Shown one piece after another: positions 48,278-58,884 of a stretch of DNA of 64,000 nucleotides (position 1 is the first letter of the stretch; each line of letters opens with the position of its first letter). This DNA comes from an uncultured Chloroflexia bacterium. GTDB lineage: Bacteria > Chloroflexota > Limnocylindria > Limnocylindrales > CSP1-4. The DNA is taken from the NCBI GenBank assembly GCA_963748625.1, contig CAVVJT010000004.1:224001-288000 (forward strand), read 5' to 3'. A model generated the notes under the pieces. It was not told the origin of the DNA. It made no database searches and was given only the letters and a program-made list of their open reading frames with translations. The translations under genes were made by a program, and so were the position numbers.

Positions 48278-49790
48278 CTACGGAGCCCCGAGGCGGTGGG
48301 ACGCGGTCTGGATCTTGCGCAGCAGGCGATCACCGCCACCCGATGCGGCCAGCAGGTTGAGCTGGGAGTTGTCCACCACCACGGTGGGCCGGAGCGAGAC
48401 CTGGACGAGATCACTGCCCACGAACGTGGCCTCGACCATGATCCCCTCCTGCGTGCGCTCGTCATGGTTCAGGTCGAACAGGAGGTCGCCCATCGACCAG
48501 ACGACGAGCCGGTCTCCCCGCCGCAGGTTCATGCGGACCCGCCCAGTGGGAGTGGTTGCCGAGGATCACGTCCACCCCGGCATCGAGCACCTCACGCGCG
48601 AACGTCCGCTGCTGGCTGGTGGTGCCGTCGATGTACTCCGCGCCCCAGTGCGGCATGACGATCACGACGTCAGCGCCCGCGATCCGGGCCGCCTGCACGT
48701 CGCGGCGCATGACCCGCACCGACAGCGGCGCCGCGCCGGCCGTGGTGGACGTTGCGTTGCCGGCTCCGATCCCGTTGTAGCCCAGGAGTGCCACGCGTTG
48801 CCCGGCCACCGTGAACCATGCTGGCCGCCGTGCCGCGGCGAGATCACGACCCGCACCGAAGTGCTTGAGGCCCACATCGTCAAGGTTCGCCACCGTCTGG
48901 CGGACGCCTGACGCGCCGCCGTTGCGGATGTGGTTGTTGGCGAGCGACACGGCGTCGAAGCCGGCGCGGTCGATACCCGGCAGGAGCCCGGGATCCATCG
49001 TGAACACGAGTCCATGCGGGTGCCAGGTGAAATTGTCGGGTGCTGGGCCCTCGAGGTTGGCCACCGCGATGTCCGCACCCTTCACGAGCGCCCGGACCGC
49101 GCCGCGAGTGCCGTCGATGGTCCGTGCACGCATGATCGTCATTCCCGGCCAGCCACAGCAGTAGCGGTCCACGACCTTCGCACGCCCGCCGTTCCACGGG
49201 TAGTCCGCGCCGCGACCCTTGACCACCGCCTCCTCGTAGACCGAGCGCTCCATGTTCAGGTCTCCGCCGGCCACGAGCGTCCACGTGGAAGCCGGCGCGA
49301 AGGATGAGGGCGCCGAACCTGGAGCCTGCGGCACGAGCAGCGGCCACGAGCCGAGATCGCGCAGGCGCTCTGTCCCGAAGAGCGCGACGCCGTTCACGCC
49401 GAGCGCGCGGATCTCCGGCCGGACATCGTCCGCCCGGAGGAGCCCGAGGGCGCCGGGATTGGCGGACACGCCGTCGCGGACGCCGGCGGCCGTCGTCCGG
49501 CGGACGTTCGGGCCGGGGATGACGCCCAGGAAGGCGGCGAGGGATGGCAGGTCCGCGGCGGTCACGTACAACCGCCGTGCGTTCGCTCCCGAGACGATCG
49601 AGCTGAGCGTGGCCCGGGCGATCGAGCGCTCGCTCGACCAGAAGCCGGTCACGGGGACGAGCGGAACCAGGGCCTGGTCGGCTGCCGCGACCGGGCGGGC
49701 CGGGGCGATGGCGGTCAGGACAAGGAACGCGACCACCACGGCTGCAAGCCGCGGACGGCGACGGGTTGGGCGGCGGTCAGGAGCAGGCAT
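48278..49790 (-). CDS. secreted CapA/PgsA-family metallophosphatase-like protein (frameshift at about 48540)
   Basis: AGGDLN, ANLEG, SLANNH, PHWGAEY, GNHSH; WSMGDLLFD follows in the next frame; N-terminal signal peptide. Confidence 0.85.
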
Positions 49791-49885
49791 GTCGCGGACC
49801 GTACCGTGAGCACGACTCCGGAGTGAGTGCCAAAGCGACCATGACCAGTCGACGGACTGCCGGACCCGTCCCCACGGCACCCGCC

Positions 49886-50740
49886 TCAGCGCCCGGGCAC
49901 GGTCCACGTCAGGATCCCCACCGATCCCGCCGGGGGCTGGACCAGCGTCCACCCGCCATCCCGGCGGGTGATCAGGTCGGGGAGGATCGCGCGGAAGTGG
50001 ATGTCCTTCTCGCGGCCCTCGACGATGAACAGCTGGCGCCGCAGCCACGACGTCAGCGCCTCGACCGAGTCGAACGTGCGCGGCGAGCGCTCCACCCGGA
50101 AGACCTCTGTCTGGCGGCCGCGTGCACGCAGCAACGCGACGAGCTCCGGGAGCGCGGGCAGCGGCACCCGCGACTCGCCGTGGACCAGCGGCCACAGTGG
50201 GTCCGCCACCGACGCCGGCGACACGTCGGTGAGCACGGCGAGGCAGCGGGTCCGCGCGGCCGCCTCCATGCCATCGAGGAACGGGCCGATCTGCTCGATG
50301 TCGTAGCCGACGTGGGCGATCATCGCGGTGTCGACCGCCGGCAGCGGGCCCAACTCCTCAAGCGCATCCGGCCACGCCAGCGGCACCATGCGCACGTTGT
50401 CGATCCCGTGCTCGGCCAAGGCCCGTGCGGAGGGCGCGGCGCATCCCCGACGACGGCTCCACCGCGATCACCCGCCGCACGTGGAGCGCCAGCGGCAGCG
50501 CATAGCGACCCGCCCCGGCCCCGATGTCGAGCCAGGACTCGTTCGGGTCGGCGAGCGCCAGCAGCGCGTCGAGTGTGGGCTCGCCGGTGCGGCGCGGATC
50601 GGCCACGAACAGGCCGGCCACCGGCCCGTAGAAGTCATTCACCTGCGTCTCGCGCATCCGCTCGGCTTGCTCGCGGTTGGCGCGCACACGCTCGGCCCAG
50701 GCCTCCTCCAGCGCGGGTGCCGTGGGTCCGACGTGGTCAT
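49886..50740 (-). CDS. class I SAM-dependent methyltransferase (frameshifts at about 50720 and 50420)
   Basis: WLDIGAGAGRYALPLA..VIAVEPS motif I; C-terminal AHVGYDI half lies in another frame. Confidence 0.78.
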
Positions 50741-51344
50741 GGTGTTCCCTCCCCCGCGGCGAGGAGGTCCGCGGGTGTGTCGATGTCGGGGTTGATGCCG
50801 TCCACATCGACGACGAGGACGAGTTCCGGGTGATCGGCGAGCAGGGGCCCGAGGCCTCGATCGCCGGCCAGAGCCCGGCTGCCAGCGCCCACGCAGAGCG
50901 GAGGACGAGGACGGGGTTGGGGGCAGCATCGGCGGCGTAGCGGGCGCGGACGATCGGCAGGTCGGACCCGGCGGTGCCCGAGGCCGCAGCGACGACCGCG
51001 CGCACGACCTCCGGCCGGAGCGCGGGCTGGTCGCCCAGGACGATGAACGCCGCGTCGGCCTGCGGGACCCATGCGGTCACCCCGTCGAGACCGACGCGCA
51101 GCGACGACGCGAGACCATCCTGCGGGCGCGGGTTGATGACCCGCCGCTCACCTCGCCAGGAGATCCCCGCCTCGATCTCGGCCGCGCTGTCACCCAGGAC
51201 GACGACCACGTGCTCGATTCCGGCTGCGGCAACCGCGTCCAGCACGTGCTGGAGGACGGGACGCCCGTCGAGCGGCGCGAGCAGCTTCTGGGAGCCGAAC
51301 CTGGAGCTCGCACCCGCCGCGAGGACGATGGCGGCAACCTTCAT
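50737..51344 (-). CDS. mocA: molybdenum cofactor cytidylyltransferase MocA-like NTP transferase (frameshift at about 50870)
   Basis: VLAAGASSRFGSQKLL, GLASSLRVG, LGDQP; C-terminal GDRG...DIDTPADL in another frame. Confidence 0.82.
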
Positions 51345-52513
51345 GCCAGGCCCTTCGAGATGGCCTTGACCGGGGAAACGCGAGGCTCCTTCGGGCCCTG
51401 CGCCTGCTCCCGCTCCCGGGCAAGGTCCCGCATCGGCCGCCCGGAACCGCCACGCCGCTCGGCGACGATCTCGGCCATGATCGAGAGGGCCGTCTCGGCC
51501 GGGAGCCGCCCACCGAGATCCAGGCCGATCGGACCGCGGAGGCGGTCGACATCCTCGGGCGCAACGCCTGCTTCGATCAGCCTCGCCCGGCGGTCCGCCT
51601 GCGTCTTGCGCGAGCCAACCGCGCCCACGTAGCGGCACCCGCGGGCCAGCGCCTCGACGATCGCCGGCTCGTCGAACTTCACGTCGTGCGTGAGCACCGC
51701 CACGGCATCGGCCCCGCCAAGGCCGATCTCGTCGGCGAGCTCGTCCGGCCAGCCCACGAGGAGGCGGTCCACGTCCGGGAAGCGGGCATCGGTGGCGAAG
51801 GCGGCGCGTCCGTCGATGACGACCGTCTCGTAGCCCAGCTCCTTCGCGACCCGGACCAGCGGGCGTGCAACCTCCACCGCACCCACCACGACCAGGCGCG
51901 GGCGGACCGGGTACGCCTCAACGAACAGCTGTGCCTCGCCCAGGGTGACGGTCCGCGACACGCCCTTGGCAAGGCACTCGCGGGCGACCTCGACCAGGGC
52001 GGCGTCAAGGTCGGCCGCGCCCAGCGTCCCGTCGAGGCGCCCGTCATCGTGCACGACCAGTGGGTCGGCCGGTGCGGCGCCCGGACCCGGCTCGTGGCGT
52101 CCGAACACCGGGGGCGGCGCGTCGGCGGGCAGCCTGGTCACGATGGCCCGACCGTCTCCCCTGCCCTCCCGCGTCTCACGCGCGGCAAGCGCGGCCACCT
52201 CGGGCACGAGCGGCTCGATGAGCACGTCGATCGTGCCGCCACAGGCGAGACCGACGTCCCAGGCCTGCTCGTCGCTGATCCCGTAGCGGATCACCCGGCT
52301 CCGACCATCCTTGCGGGCGGTCCAGATCTCCTCGGCGGCCGCTCCCTCCACGCAGCCACCGGACACGGAGCCCGCAAGACGTCCGTCGTCGGTCACCAGG
52401 AGCACGGCCCCTTCCGGGCGGGGCGCGCTGCCGAACGTCCGGATGACGACCGCCCGGCCCACGCCCGCACCCTCGGCCCGCCAGGCGTCCAGCGTCTGCA
52501 GCAGCTCCTGCAT
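51341..52513 (-). CDS. XdhC/CoxI family molybdo-hydroxylase maturation protein
   Basis: GSAPRPEGA, GSVSGGCVE, VGLACGG, THDVKFD, YVGAVGSR, PIGLDLG..PAETALSI.AE. Confidence 0.93.
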   Translation of the reverse strand: MQELLQTLDAWRAEGAGVGRAVVIRTFGSAPRPEGAVLLVTDDGRLAGSVSGGCVEGAAAEEIWTARKDGRSRVIRYGISDEQAWDVGLACGGTIDVLIEPLVPEVAALAARETREGRGDGRAIVTRLPADAPPPVFGRHEPGPGAAPADPLVVHDDGRLDGTLGAADLDAALVEVARECLAKGVSRTVTLGEAQLFVEAYPVRPRLVVVGAVEVARPLVRVAKELGYETVVIDGRAAFATDARFPDVDRLLVGWPDELADEIGLGGADAVAVLTHDVKFDEPAIVEALARGCRYVGAVGSRKTQADRRARLIEAGVAPEDVDRLRGPIGLDLGGRLPAETALSIMAEIVAERRGGSGRPMRDLAREREQAQGPKEPRVSPVKAISKGLA

Positions 52514-52542
52514 GGTGCGTCTCCTCCTCCGGGTCCGGCCCG

Positions 52543-53924
52543 TCAGCGCAGCGGGCGCGCCTGGTCCGATGCGACGTTGCCGGCCTCCAGCGAACGTGGG
52601 GGTCCGGCCTCGGGCGCCGAGAGCCCCAGGGACGGCGCGACGGTCGTGGCATGGGTCACCGCGGTGCCGCGCCGGGACGAGGTCTTCGAGTTACCGGCGA
52701 GGACCTCCCCGAGACGCTCCAGCGAGGCGAGGGTTCCCGCGGGCAGGAAGTCGTCGATGAACGGGTAGGCGGCCCTCATCCCGGCCGCCAGCGGCTGGTA
52801 GCCCGGCGACGACGCCAGCGGGTTGAGCCACACGAGGCGATGGCAGTTGCGGCGCAGGCGCGCCGTCTCGGCCGCGACGAGCGCAGGATCGCCCCGATCC
52901 CAGCCGTCGGACACGATGATCACGACGCCCGACGAGCGCAGCGTCCGTCGTGCCCACGGTGGTTGAACTGCCGGAAGGATTCCCCGATCCGGGTGCCGCC
53001 CGCCCAGTCGGTCACGGCGTCGGCCACGCGCGCGAGCGCACGGTCACGATCACGGTCCTTCATGATGCGGGTCACCCGGGTCAGCCGCGTGCCGAACACG
53101 AACGATTCCGTACGGACCTCGTTGGTGCGCGCCAGCGCCTGGGCGAAGCGCAGCAGCAGGCGGGAATGCCGTTCCATCGAGCCGCTGATGTCGCAGATCA
53201 CCACGAGCTGGCGCGGCTCGCTCACCTGGCGCCGCCACACCCACTCGGTGAGCTCGCCGGTGGCCAGGTTCTGGCGGAACATCGCGCGGGGCGCAAGCCG
53301 GCGGCCATGGGGGTGGAGCTCGAACCGGCGGGTCTTGCGGCGTTCGAGCCTCGGGCGGAGGAGGTCCACGAACCGCTCAGCGTCGCGCAGCTCGGACGCC
53401 GTCATCCGGTCGAAGTCACGGTGGCGGAGGATCTCGCCACGGGACCAGGCATCGGGCGAGATGGTCTCACCCTCGAGCTCGCCGCCCTCCTCGGCGTCGC
53501 CCGCGAGCTGCACGCCCATGGTCGCGAGCTCCGTCAGGGTGGCGCCCGTTCCATCGGCCGGCTCCTCGCTCTCGCCCGGCTCCCCCTCGTCGCGGTCCGC
53601 GTCGGGCACGGCCTCGAGCCGGTCCGAGCTGGGCATCCTGCGCCCGCGCCGGCGCCAGAACTGGGCGAAGACCCGCTCGTAGACCTCGCGGTCGTCCTTG
53701 CGGCGCACGAAGACGGCGGCACCGGCGTCGCGCACCTGCTCGCGTCGTCCAAGGTCGATCAGCCCCAGGGCCCGCGCGAAGTCGATGGCGGCGGCCAGGT
53801 CGACCTGGAGGCCCGCCGACCGGAGCGCGCGCCCGAAGCCGACCGCTTCGGCGAGGAGGCGGCGACCGTCGACCATCTCGCCCGTGGCGGCAACCAGGAT
53901 CGGGGATGCGTCGGGGACGTTCAC
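52543..53924 (-). CDS. coxE: CoxE-like VWA domain protein (frameshifts at about 52920-52955)
   Basis: FGRALR.AG, CDISGSM, FVFGTRLTRVT, WAGGTRIG, then IIVSDGWDRG...WLNP in another frame. Confidence 0.85.
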
Positions 53925-53985
53925 ACGGGCACTGTGCCACGCTTCGCGACGAGGCGTCGCCGGGGCCCAGCAACGAACCGGACTG

Positions 53986-54411
53986 TCAATCAGGCAGCAC
54001 GCGGAACCCGAGGGCGGCCGCGTTGGACCGTACCGCTCGTCGAGGCTCAGGACATCGAGGTCGTACGGATCGCTGACCGTACGACCTCGGCTGTCGCCAG
54101 GTGTATGGCGTCGAGTGACCGGATGGCGTCATCCGGGAACGAACGTCGCGCACGGTCTACGACGGGCCGGCGATCGGCTCGATGCCCCAGCCAGCCGTCA
54201 GCTCATCGACTCGCTGACCGAGCAGATCGGCCGTGGATCTGTCGATGGCGCCGACCGCGACGTAGCGGTGGAGCGCCCGGTCGATCTCGACTTGCGTCAG
54301 AACGGATGTCACGACCATGTCGGCAGTCCCGAGCAGCTCAGCCACGGCGGCCCCGCGGGCCTCGCCCAGGAGCCACGCGAGCACCGCGCTGGACTCGACG
54401 TATCGCGTCAC
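53986..54411 (-). CDS. vapC: VapC/PIN-domain toxin (several apparent indels)
   Basis: YVESSAVLAWL, EI.RAL, then IRSLDAIHLATA and LSLDER..NAAALGF in shifted frames. Confidence 0.75.
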
Positions 54412-54710
54412 GCTCGGTCCTCGCGCAGGAAGTCGAGCATCTCCTTCGTGGATCTCCCTCCCAGGTCCACCGTGGGCAGCGGACGCCGGTACAGTTCAGG
54501 GTCGTTCCGGCGTGTCGGCAGGCGCAGACCGTCACGCCGGGCAAGCTCGAGAAAGCCGGGGTGCATGCCTGGGTACCCGGGCTGGCCGGGCGGCCTGAGC
54601 TCCGCCACGATGCGCCCGCGATCCGTGACGATGACGACGTCACCCGCCTCCACCTTGCGGACGTACTTGCTCAGGTGATTCTTGAGCTCCCTGATGCCGA
54701 CGGTCTCCAT
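54408..54710 (-). CDS. Phd/YefM family antitoxin
   Basis: METVGIRELKNHLSKYVRKVEAGDVVIVTDRGRIVAEL; stop overlaps the toxin start. Confidence 0.9.
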   Translation of the reverse strand: METVGIRELKNHLSKYVRKVEAGDVVIVTDRGRIVAELRPPGQPGYPGMHPGFLELARRDGLRLPTRRNDPELYRRPLPTVDLGGRSTKEMLDFLREDRA

Positions 54711-54717
54711 GGTCTGC

Positions 54718-54746
54718 AATGTAGCCACATGTGGCCACATCGTCAA
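54718..54746 (-). promoter_or_regulatory. TA promoter with overlapping palindromic operators
   Basis: TTGACG -17 nt- TACATT, ATG 7 nt downstream; ATGTGGCCACAT perfect palindrome (54729-54740) plus ATGTAGCCACAT (54719-54730). Confidence 0.75.
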
Positions 54747-54786
54747 CGGAACGTCGTCGCCGGAGCGTCGCCCACAGGGGCCAGGG

Positions 54787-55754
54787 TCAGACCTGGGAGG
54801 TCGCCTCCGACAGGTACTGGCGGGCCACCTGCCCGCGCACCTGCCGGATGTCTTCCTCGTACTTGAGGACGACGCCGAGGGTCTCGTCCACCAGGTCGGG
54901 CTCCAGCCCGACAGCCCCCAGGCTCAGCAGGGCGGCCGCCCAGTCGAGCGTCTCGGCGACACCCGGGACCTTGGTGAGGTCCGCGGCTCGCAGGCGATGG
55001 ATGAAGGCAACGACCTCCCGCGCGAGCTGGGCCGGCGCGTCGGGGACGCGAGTGGCCACGATCTCGTACTCCTTGGCCGCCGTCGGGTAGTCGATCCAGT
55101 GGTACAGGCAGCGCCGCTTGAGCGCGTCGTGGACCTCGCGCGTCCGGTTGGACGTCAGGATCACGCGCGGCGGCTTGTGCGCCCGGATGGTGCCGATCTC
55201 GGGCACGGTGATCTGGAAGTCGGACAGGATCTCGAGCAGGTAGGCCTCGAACTCCTCGTCCGCGCGGTCGATCTCGTCGATCAGGAGGACGGGCGCGACG
55301 CCGTCGTCCGCCTCGAGCGCCTGGAGCAGCGGGCGCTTGAGCAGGAACTCCGGGCCGAAGATGTCGTGGGCGCTGGCCTTGTCGATCTCGCCGCGCGCCT
55401 CGAGCAGCCGGATCTCCAGCATCTGGCGCGGGATAGTTCCACTCGTAGACCGCGGTGTTGACGTCCAGGCCCTCGTAGCACTGGAGGCGGATCAGGCGCG
55501 CGCCCAGGCTTGCGGCAAGGACCTTGGCCAGCTCGGTCTTGCCCACGCCGGCCTCGCCCTCGAGCAGCAGTGGCCGCCCGAGCTCCAGGGCGAGGAACAC
55601 GGTGGTGGCGATGCTGCGCTCGGCGATGTAGCCGTGGCTGCGGAACGACCTCCGTGATGCCCTCGATGGTGCGCGTCTCCTCGGGGCGATCGGCACGCGC
55701 TTCCGCACGGGACGCGGCCGTCGCCGTAGAGATCAGGGGCTGATCGGAGGTCAT
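54787..55754 (-). CDS. coxD: CoxD-like MoxR AAA+ ATPase (frameshifts at about 55650 and 55432)
   Basis: PLLLEGEAGVGKTELAK, LIRLQCYEG, YEWNY, LLIDEIDRADEEFEA, TSNRTREVHDALKRRC. Confidence 0.88.
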
Positions 55755-55835
55755 GCGCCGGATGCTACACCGGGGGTGGGGTTGCGAGTGGTGGCGGTGC
55801 CCGGGTCGTCAGGGTGGAACACCTCCGGTCCCGGT

Positions 55836-55982
55836 TGCCACTCCGGGCATATCTCAGGGTGCCAAGCGTGGCGCGGCCGACCCGATCCGACTCCGGCAAG
55901 GTCCTGGGCAGCGCCTCCGCAGCACCACGCACCCCGACCGCCCCGGCAGATCGCCGACCCGGCGCTGATGCCCGGAGTGGCA
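55836..55982. repeat. TIR mini-element family D
   Basis: Perfect 15-bp IR tgccactccgggcat / atgcccggagtggca. Confidence 0.7.
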
Positions 55983-56164
55983 TCGTAGAAGCGGGTCGTC
56001 TCAGCGCGTGCGCGGAACACGATGCGTCCGGGGCCTCGCAGGCTCCTACTGTCCCGATCACGGTTCGCCCGCGGGTTGCGGACGGCCCCACGGGACGTCC
56101 TCGGCCGCGTCCTCGCCGCCCCGTGGGCGGACACGCCTCCATCACCCCAACCCACGCCTCCATC

Positions 56165-56272
56165 CCCCAGCCATGGGGCGAAACGGGCCGGGGCCCACAG
56201 GGATCAACCCACGGATCGACAGTCTGGGCGTCCAGCCCAGCGTGGAGCCCCTCGTTCGCCCCATACCTGGGG
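56165..56272. repeat. TIR mini-element family B, copy 3 (opposite orientation to copy 1)
   Basis: Reverse complement matches 15376-15484, including interior cgtgggttgatccc and the flanks. Confidence 0.8.
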
Positions 56273-56341
56273 CGCCGCCGGGCGCGGCAGGGGCGCCACC
56301 GGGGCGGCGGGGTATCCGCCAGGCATTGGCGGGATGAGGCG

Positions 56342-57539
56342 CTAGGGCGGGTCGTCGGGCTGGGCTCGACCGTCGGCGTCGGGCCGGGTGTGCCGCTGCC
56401 GCCGGTGAGATCGCCGCTGGGGCTTGCGCTCGCCTGCGGGACGAGGACGGTCACGATCCGGCTACGCCGCAGGACACTGCCGTTGCCCCGCAGGGCGAGC
56501 ACCTGGACCTTGACCTCCACGACGCCTGCCGGCACGCGATAGCGCAGCGGGCGCTCGGGTGGGGCGGTGAACTCGCCGAGGATGCGCGGATCCGGGGTAG
56601 ACGGGATCGGGCGCCGGTCCAGTCCGCGAGACGGTCACGATCAGGAGTACGTCCTCGCGCGCCGGGTCTCCGTCCAGGTGACGGCGATACGCGGACCGGT
56701 GATGAGTCTGGCCCGTAGGCGGGGGCGCAGAATCGGCGGCGTAGGTGTCGGGGTGGCGGTGGGACTCGCGGTGGGCGTGGCCGTCGGGTCTGGACGGGGC
56801 GTCGGGTCTGGACGGGGCGTCGGGGGGGGCGTCGGCTCCATGGTGGCAGCCGTCGTCGACGTGGGGGCAGGCGTGCGGCCTGGCGCGAGCGTGGTCGTCG
56901 CCGTCGGGGCCGGTGGCGGCGATGGAGACCTCTCGTCGGCGGTGGTCGTGGGCTTCGGCGTCCGAAGCGATCCCGTGCCGCCGCCAGGACTCGTGGTCCG
57001 GTCGGGCAGGGACTCCGTCACCACACCCTCAGGCGAGTGCTCGACCACCACGCGGTCCTCCCCGACCGTGGCGATGTCGCCCGGGTCCGAGGAAGGTCTC
57101 ACCGATCCGCGCGGAACCTCCCTCCCCCACCCGCACGACAGCGCCGGGGGGCAGCAGCAGTCCGTCGGGGTCCTCGAGGACTTCGCCCCCAGGAAGGATC
57201 ACCTCCACGTGGACGGGTGCGACCAGGGCCGAGGCAGGCACTGGTGTCAGTTCGGGAGTGGGCCGGAGCGGGACCTGCGACCACGGCCAGGGCCAGCAGG
57301 GCCAGGGCGGCTCCAGCGCCTGCAGCCCACCAGCCCACGGCTGGGCGGCGGCGTGAAGGTGCGGATGTGGGTCTGGGAGCAAGCGCGGGGGCGGGGGCGC
57401 CTCCCGGAACGTCGGCCGCGGGAAGGCTTCCAGCGAGCGCGCGGAGACGCGTCTCCAGCCCGTCGGCAAACGCGGGGTCAACCAGCGGTGCCTGGCGGCG
57501 GCCGGCATCCTCGAGCGTGCGGCGGAGGTCGTCGTTCAC
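56342..57539 (-). CDS. putative membrane anti-sigma factor with Pro/Thr linker and extracytoplasmic beta domain (several frameshifts; 3' end uncertain)
   Basis: Start overlaps the sigma stop; DPAFADGLETRL, TM helix, then PT-rich and beta-strand segments in successive frames. Confidence 0.55.
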
Positions 57540-58135
57540 GATCCCTCCTCCGAACCCATCGTCTTGCGCAGCGCCCGCGTCGCCCGGAACACGACAACGG
57601 CCATCGTCGCCTTCGACGTGCCGAGGGCCGCCGCCGCCTCGTCGGGCGTCAGGCCGGCAAGGTAGCGCAACGCGAGCGCCTGCTGGTAGCGGGGGCTCAG
57701 ACGATCCATCGCGGCCAGCATCCCGGCGATGGCATCGCGGTCGCCCACCTCGTCGGCCGGGTCTCGCGGCGCCACGGCGGCCAGGCGGACCGCGGCGCCC
57801 GCGGCACGCGGCGAGGCATCACGACCCGATCGGCGGTAGTGATCGATGAGCTCGTTGGACACGATCCGGAACAGCCACGGGCCGAAGCCTCCCGGCTGCC
57901 ACGTGAAGGCATGGAGGTTGCGCAGGGCGCGCTCGAAGGCCGCCGAGGTGATGTCCTCGGCGACCTCGACGACGCCGGTCCGGCGGTACGCGAACGCGTG
58001 GACCCGGGGCAGGTAGCGGCGGTAGAGCTCCGCGAAGGCCGTCGGATCGACCTTCGCCTGCTCCACCAGCATCCGCTCGTCGCGATCCGTGTCCGCGCGT
58101 CCGTCCACCTGCACCAGTGTGCCGGTATCGGGCAC
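57536..58135 (-). CDS. ECF RNA polymerase sigma factor
   Basis: AFAELYRRY, AEDITSAAFERA, FGPWLFRIVSNELIDHYR, region 4 LSPRYQQALALRY. Confidence 0.92.
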   Translation of the reverse strand: MPDTGTLVQVDGRADTDRDERMLVEQAKVDPTAFAELYRRYLPRVHAFAYRRTGVVEVAEDITSAAFERALRNLHAFTWQPGGFGPWLFRIVSNELIDHYRRSGRDASPRAAGAAVRLAAVAPRDPADEVGDRDAIAGMLAAMDRLSPRYQQALALRYLAGLTPDEAAAALGTSKATMAVVVFRATRALRKTMGSEEGS

Positions 58136-58146
58136 GCCGGGCGCGG

Positions 58147-58884
58147 CTACTGCGCGGCGGCCGCCGCTTGGGCCGGGACGATCACGACGTCCGGCCCGCC
58201 GATCCCGACGACGCGTCCATCTGGGGCCAGGGCGACCACCGCATACCGGACGGACTGGCCGGCACTGAGGCTCTTGTCCCAGTAGGCTCGGACCCCGTTG
58301 AGCCGCGTGCGGTAGACCGCCTCACGGGCACCGCCATCGACCGAGCGGAAGAGCACGTAGCGCACGGCAGTCGGGCGGGTGGACGCGGCCCAGCGGCACT
58401 TCGCGCCGCTGGCATCACCGTCGATCACGTAGGCGCAGTTGAAGCCGAGTCTCTCGGGGGCGCGCATGAAGCGCACGGTCGCACGATCGCTGCTGCCCAG
58501 CCGGCTGCCATCGGTACCGATCGCGACCACCCGGTAGTGGTACGCGTGGCCCGGGGTGATGGTCCGATCGACGAACCGCAGGTCCTGGTCGGGCGTGACA
58601 CGGGCGATCCACTGGCGGGGCCTGCCGTCAACGGCGCGCCAGATGCGGTAGGCACGCACGTCGGCACCCGAGAACGCGGTCCAGCGGCACACGACGTACG
58701 GCTTGGCCTCGCTCATGACGGCGAGGTTGAGCGCACAGGACAGGTCGATGGCGGGCGTCGCCTCCGCGGCAGGCGTGAGCGAGGCGCTCGTGGCGGGCGC
58801 GCTTCCCGCCAGGGCGACAGTGGGCAGCAGGAGCGCCGCCATCAGGACGCCGCCGAGCAGCGAGACGAGGTTCGAACGTCGCAT
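58147..58884 (-). CDS. secreted protein with two FN3-like beta domains
   Basis: Signal peptide; duplicated C.W...Y.I/L.R.VDG....D.....G....Y.VVA...DG module. Confidence 0.75.
   Translation of the reverse strand: MRRSNLVSLLGGVLMAALLLPTVALAGSAPATSASLTPAAEATPAIDLSCALNLAVMSEAKPYVVCRWTAFSGADVRAYRIWRAVDGRPRQWIARVTPDQDLRFVDRTITPGHAYHYRVVAIGTDGSRLGSSDRATVRFMRAPERLGFNCAYVIDGDASGAKCRWAASTRPTAVRYVLFRSVDGGAREAVYRTRLNGVRAYWDKSLSAGQSVRYAVVALAPDGRVVGIGGPDVVIVPAQAAAAAQ

Noticed and set aside
48500-57300. Programmed ribosomal frameshifting
   Set aside because: No slippery heptamers or consistent signals noticed, and too many unrelated genes are affected; sequencing error is simpler.
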